Part shown: positions 60,029 through 63,911 of the stretch, one piece after another
Layout: each line of letters opens with the position of its first letter
Numbering within the stretch: position 1 is the stretch's first letter
Assembly (NCBI GenBank): GCA_017640685.1
Contig: JAEPQF010000002.1
Coordinates: 1 to 63,911, forward strand
Direction of reading: 5' to 3'
DNA: 63,911 nt
Origin: Hyphomicrobiales bacterium
Lineage (GTDB): Bacteria; Pseudomonadota; Alphaproteobacteria; Rhizobiales; HXMU1428-3
Made by a program: the position numbers and the translations under genes
Notes under the pieces: generated by a model
Seen by the model: the letters and a program-made list of their open reading frames with translations, nothing else
Databases searched by the model: none
What the model was told of the DNA's origin: nothing

Positions 60029-60454
60029 ATGTTGGTAAAATCATGCCTTTGCACATCGTTACGTGAAGCAGCCCTTGCATTAACAGAAATGTATGACCGG
60101 GCCATAGCACCTTCTGGCCTTAAAATAACGATGTTTCGCCTACTTAGACGGTTACAAAACGCTGGCCCATCAACCATTAGTGAGTTCGCAGCAATCGTCA
60201 ATTTAGATAGAAGCACTTTAGGACGAAACCTAAAAGTACTGGAACGTGATGGCTTTGTTACCCTCAATTCAGGAAAAGATGAAAGATCAAAGGTCATTCA
60301 TCTAACCAAAAAGGCGGAAGACGCCATCAAAATCGCAACGCCTTATTGGGAAAAAACGCAAAAGCAAATCCAAGAAATCTTGGATGAAGAGACAGAAAGA
60401 CGTCTCAACCAACTCACTGAATTTAATAAACTTGCTAAAGATCAATCGAAATAA
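60029..60454 (+). CDS. MarR family transcriptional regulator
   Basis: CLC..LR.A...LT..YD, LDRSTLGRNLK.LE..G, D.R....LT; ATG 60029. Confidence 0.9.
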   Translation: MLVKSCLCTSLREAALALTEMYDRAIAPSGLKITMFRLLRRLQNAGPSTISEFAAIVNLDRSTLGRNLKVLERDGFVTLNSGKDERSKVIHLTKKAEDAIKIATPYWEKTQKQIQEILDEETERRLNQLTEFNKLAKDQSK

Positions 60455-60493
60455 ATACGGCTTATTTCAACACGAACTTTAAAGGAAAAGACC

Positions 60494-61831
60494 GTGAATA
60501 GCTCGTCTAGTCAATTAACAAAGCAAAACAAAGACTACACCTCAAAGTGGGGCGCAGCTTTAATTGCCCTCATTTGTGGCTCAATCATCATTTTATTTTC
60601 CCTTGGCATTCGCCATGGCTTTGGCCTGTTTTTAAAACCAGTGAGCGCTGAAATGCAATGGCCCGTAGAAGTTTTTGCTTTTGCGATTGCCCTTCAAAAC
60701 CTTATATGGGGCGTCACACAGCCTTTCACGGGGCTTTTGTCAGATAAATACGGTTCACCTATCATTGTAACCACTGGCGCCATTCTCTACGCTGCAGGCC
60801 TTTGGGTGATGGCAGATATCACAAATGTAACGACTTACGTCATCCAAACGGCTTCAACACTAGGCTTCAATGCTGATCTGTTGAACGCTAATTTTGATGA
60901 AATCGCTCAAACATGTTTTATTTTAGGGGCTGGCATTTTCATTGGCTTAGGCCTATCAGGCACAACTTTTCCTGTCATTTTTGGCACCATTAGCCGCTTG
61001 GTAAAACCAGAGCAAAGGTCTTTAGCTATGGGCATTGCCATGTCCGTTGGCTCGTTCGGTCAATTCATTATGCTCCCTGTCAGCCTAGGCCTTCTCACAT
61101 GGTTAGATTGGCATGGCGCACTCATCGCTCTTTCTTTAATGGCGTTGATTATGTTCCCACTTGCTTTTGGCTTAAAAGAACCAAATCTAAAAGACACTGA
61201 CCCTAAAGTCATAAATGTAAGCCCTCTTGAAGCCATTAAAGAAGCGTTATCCATGCGTGACTTCTGGCTACTATCACTTGGCTTCTTTGCCTGTGGCTTC
61301 CAAGTTGTTTTCATCAGCGTTCATTTACCACTTTATTTGTCAGATAGAAATCTTGACGCTTCTGTCGCCACCACAGTATTAGCGCTAATCGGCCTAATTA
61401 ACATCATAGGAACTTACTATGCCGGTCTCTGGGGGGGCAGAAAACGCAAACCAATGCTGCTCTCTTGGCTTTATCTATTAAGAGGTCTGGTTATCGCAGC
61501 CTTTATACTCTTGCCAATCTCAACATATACCGCTTATGCATTCGGTATGCTGATGGGCCTATTCTGGCTCTCTACAGTGCCGCTAACAAACGGCACCGTG
61601 GCTTCTGTATGGGGGGTAAAACATATGTCTATGCTCGGCGGTGTGGTGTTCTTCTGGCACCAGCTTGGCTCCTTCATTGGGGGCTGGTTAGGCGGCTACG
61701 TTTATGACAAAACCGGAAATTATGATATAGTATGGTATCTGGCTATTGGGTTTAGCCTACTTTCAGCCCTATTAAACTGGCCAATCACTGAAACACCAGT
61801 GGCAGAGCGAGAAAAACGAGCAGCAGCATGA
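60494..61831 (+). CDS. MFS transporter
   Basis: ~12 TM; GIRHGFGLF, QPFTG..SDKYG, GFFACGFQ, HQLGSFIG. Confidence 0.92.
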   Translation: MNSSSSQLTKQNKDYTSKWGAALIALICGSIIILFSLGIRHGFGLFLKPVSAEMQWPVEVFAFAIALQNLIWGVTQPFTGLLSDKYGSPIIVTTGAILYAAGLWVMADITNVTTYVIQTASTLGFNADLLNANFDEIAQTCFILGAGIFIGLGLSGTTFPVIFGTISRLVKPEQRSLAMGIAMSVGSFGQFIMLPVSLGLLTWLDWHGALIALSLMALIMFPLAFGLKEPNLKDTDPKVINVSPLEAIKEALSMRDFWLLSLGFFACGFQVVFISVHLPLYLSDRNLDASVATTVLALIGLINIIGTYYAGLWGGRKRKPMLLSWLYLLRGLVIAAFILLPISTYTAYAFGMLMGLFWLSTVPLTNGTVASVWGVKHMSMLGGVVFFWHQLGSFIGGWLGGYVYDKTGNYDIVWYLAIGFSLLSALLNWPITETPVAEREKRAAA

Positions 61832-61965
61832 TGCAATCACTTCCAATGAAATTGGCAATAAAACTGGCTTTATTGTTGATAGCGCTCCTCCTTGCGAGCG
61901 CTATCATCAGCCTCTATCAAACGCCAGCAATGTCATATTTACTGGAAGAATTCCGTATCTGTTAA
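61828..61965 (+). CDS. Small (45 aa) single-TM protein coupled to the MFS gene (not in ORF track)
   Basis: ATGA overlap with MFS stop; MMQSLPMKLAIKLALLLIALLLASAIISLYQTPAMSYLLEEFRIC*. Confidence 0.55.
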   Translation: MMQSLPMKLAIKLALLLIALLLASAIISLYQTPAMSYLLEEFRIC

Positions 61966-62726
61966 GCTAGAGCGTTTGCCCTGATCGCAGCACATACAAA
62001 AGGTGTCAATCCCTCAGCATATTTATCAATGTTTACTTGAAACCGCGCATCCGCTTCATAAAGATCTGCCAACCCTTTATGCAGTTCCAGGCTACAAGGA
62101 TAAAACCAACGGTCAAGAAACTGACGATGCGTTTCTGCAAGCTCCATCACCCCCTCATCTTGTGGGTTTTTACCTAGCTGAAGAGCCATGGCGAACTGCT
62201 GATAAATATCATCTTGGCCCTGTTTTATTTGTTGCCACTCACCATCTGAATAATTTCTAGTCCGTTCAGCCGAAATTTTAAAAGCCTCCGTTTCCCCCCA
62301 TCGCTCAGCAACTTCTGCCTCATAATCTTGTGAAACAAACCCAGAAAAAAGTTGTTCAATAGACATGTCATCACCTTTCATCTCTTTTGAAAGTAGTTCA
62401 ATTGCTTTATCTACGGCTTGGATCATCTCTGTGGTAGATAAAACCTGGCTGACAAGTTGGCGACGCTGATTGAACAAAGTCGCTTTTAAATCAAAGTTCT
62501 CATCATCCAAAGATTTCCGAATATCTTCAAGCGACAACCCAAGCTTTCGTCCAATCATAATTTGCTGGAGACGCAAAAGGTTTTCACTATCGTAAAGACG
62601 ATATCCTGCTTTAGATCGCAACACTGGCACAAGCAAACCTATCTCATCATAATAATGAAGCGTTCGCACAGAGACATTAGCAAAGAGCGCCACTTGTTTA
62701 ACTTGATATGTACCGATTTTCTTCAT
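61962..62726 (-). CDS. MerR family TipA/Mta-like multidrug regulator with TipAS domain
   Basis: VSVRTLHYYDEIGLL.P, GYRLY, Y..EV..RWG.T, LADLY..D.RF. Confidence 0.9.
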   Translation of the reverse strand: MKKIGTYQVKQVALFANVSVRTLHYYDEIGLLVPVLRSKAGYRLYDSENLLRLQQIMIGRKLGLSLEDIRKSLDDENFDLKATLFNQRRQLVSQVLSTTEMIQAVDKAIELLSKEMKGDDMSIEQLFSGFVSQDYEAEVAERWGETEAFKISAERTRNYSDGEWQQIKQGQDDIYQQFAMALQLGKNPQDEGVMELAETHRQFLDRWFYPCSLELHKGLADLYEADARFQVNIDKYAEGLTPFVCAAIRANALA

Positions 62727-62732
62727 GTAATA

Positions 62733-62763
62733 TCCCTACCCTCTCACGCCACGTAAAGGTCAA
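62733..62763 (-). promoter_or_regulatory. MerR-type promoter/operator with 19-bp spacer
   Basis: Minus strand TTGACC-TTTACGTGGCGTGAGAGGG-TAGGGA with dyad (C)TTTACG..CGTGAG, resembling tipA/mta promoters. Confidence 0.7.
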
Positions 62764-62771
62764 GAGAAAAA

Positions 62772-62807
62772 GAAAAAGCCCACCTAAAAATTTTAGGCGG
62801 GCTTCTT
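62772..62807. terminator. Intrinsic terminator after rplQ
   Basis: AAGCCCACCTAAAA/TTTTAGGCGGGCTT stem with T-tract on the minus strand. Confidence 0.75.
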
Positions 62808-62836
62808 AAATTTATTTAACTATTAAAGTTCAAGCT

Positions 62837-63268
62837 TTATGCGGCAACTTCAGCATCTTCATCTTTTGTGAAATCAGCAGTTGGCCCTGAATCTTGACCA
62901 CGTGCACTTTCATCACGATCAACAAGTTCAATCACAGCCACAGGCGCGCTATCACCATAACGGTAACCAGCTTTAAGAACGCGGGTATAACCACCATTGC
63001 GGTCTTTATAACGCTCAGCCAATACATCAAATAACTTCTTCGCCATAGCTTCATCACGAAGACGAGCAGCAGCTAAACGGCGAGAATGAAGGTTGCCTCT
63101 TTTACCAAGGGTAACAAGGCGATCCATAACACGCTTCAGCTCTTTAGCTTTTGGCAATGTTGTAATAATTTGCTCGTGCTTAATAAGCGCTGATGCCATA
63201 TTGGCAAACATTGCTTTCTTATGACTAGAGGTCTTATTTAACTTCCGCCCCTTCATACCATGGCGCAT
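62837..63268 (-). CDS. rplQ: 50S ribosomal protein L17
   Basis: [26 protein letters not shown]; start 63268 after AGGAG. Confidence 0.97.
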   Translation of the reverse strand: MRHGMKGRKLNKTSSHKKAMFANMASALIKHEQIITTLPKAKELKRVMDRLVTLGKRGNLHSRRLAAARLRDEAMAKKLFDVLAERYKDRNGGYTRVLKAGYRYGDSAPVAVIELVDRDESARGQDSGPTADFTKDEDAEVAA

Positions 63269-63381
63269 GGTTTTTCTCCTAAATACTCGCTTCGCTGTTC
63301 TTTGAACAGAATAAGGCGTTAAAAATGTTCTCTTTCGCGAATTCTTATCTGAAAAGTCTATCAACTTTTCAGGAATGCACT

Positions 63382-63911
63382 TTAATAATGATCTTCAAAG
63401 CGTTTAGCGAGTTCTTCGATATTCTCAGGTGGCCAATTCGGCACTTCCATGCCCAAATGCAGCCCCATACCAGCTAAAACTTCTTTAATTTCGTTCAAGG
63501 ACTTCCGTCCAAAGTTCGGTGTACGTAACATTTCAGCTTCGGTTTTCTGAATAAGATCACCAATATAAACAATGTTATCGTTTTTAAGGCAATTTGCAGA
63601 GCGAACAGAAAGCTCAAGCTCATCAACCTTCTTCAGAAGAGCAGCATTGAACTCAAGTTCAGGTTGCTTCTCTTCAACAACTTCTTTTTGTGGCTCTTCA
63701 AAGTTCACAAAAATGCTGAGCTGATCTTGAAGAATTCGTGCAGCAAGTGCGATTGCATCTTCAGGAACAATAGAACCATCCGTATGGATGTCTAAAATCA
63801 ATTTATCATAGTCAAGGATTTGACCTTCACGTGTATTCTCAACACGGTAAGAAACTTTACGAACCGGGCTATAAAGCGCATCAACAGGAATAAGACCAAT
63901 TGGCGCGTCTT
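63382..63911 (-). CDS. rpoA: RNA polymerase alpha subunit, 3' part (truncated by window)
   Basis: [57 protein letters not shown]. Confidence 0.97.
   Translation of the reverse strand, partial: DAPIGLIPVDALYSPVRKVSYRVENTREGQILDYDKLILDIHTDGSIVPEDAIALAARILQDQLSIFVNFEEPQKEVVEEKQPELEFNAALLKKVDELELSVRSANCLKNDNIVYIGDLIQKTEAEMLRTPNFGRKSLNEIKEVLAGMGLHLGMEVPNWPPENIEELAKRFEDHY

Overview
An AT-rich chromosomal window from an alphaproteobacterium, most likely Hyphomicrobiales/Rhizobiales-like. This is inferred from protein sequences and from gene orders such as degQ-rarA-crcB-rluC-HAD-ATP12, pccB/pccA, tRNA-Leu-fliN-like-lipB and rpoA-rplQ. Housekeeping content: the end of a pqq operon (pqqC'DE), alr, arfB, hemN, tRNA-Leu(GAG), lipB, pccA/B, rarA, crcB, rplQ and partial rpoA. 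Accessory content: (i) a SAM methyltransferase + choline/carnitine O-acyltransferase + BesD-like Fe(II)/2OG hydroxylase trio; (ii) two Tat-exported IorAB-type molybdoenzymes, one with xdhC/mocA; (iii) an ActP-type permease cluster with a DUF294 nucleotidyltransferase and a membrane-bound DEDDh protein; (iv) a sigma54-driven operon encoding a NirB-like flavoprotein fused to a His-bearing membrane domain, an 11-heme HAO-like cytochrome c, a DUF3365-like heme protein and a globin; (v) an HscC + two duplicated J-domain (RPD) proteins inserted between pccB and pccA; (vi) an orphan Tae4-like amidase with a coupled small membrane protein. Item (iv) is the best candidate for an undescribed system, followed by (i) and (v). 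No CRISPR array, transposase, integrase or rRNA was seen. All family assignments come from motif recognition by eye, not database searches.
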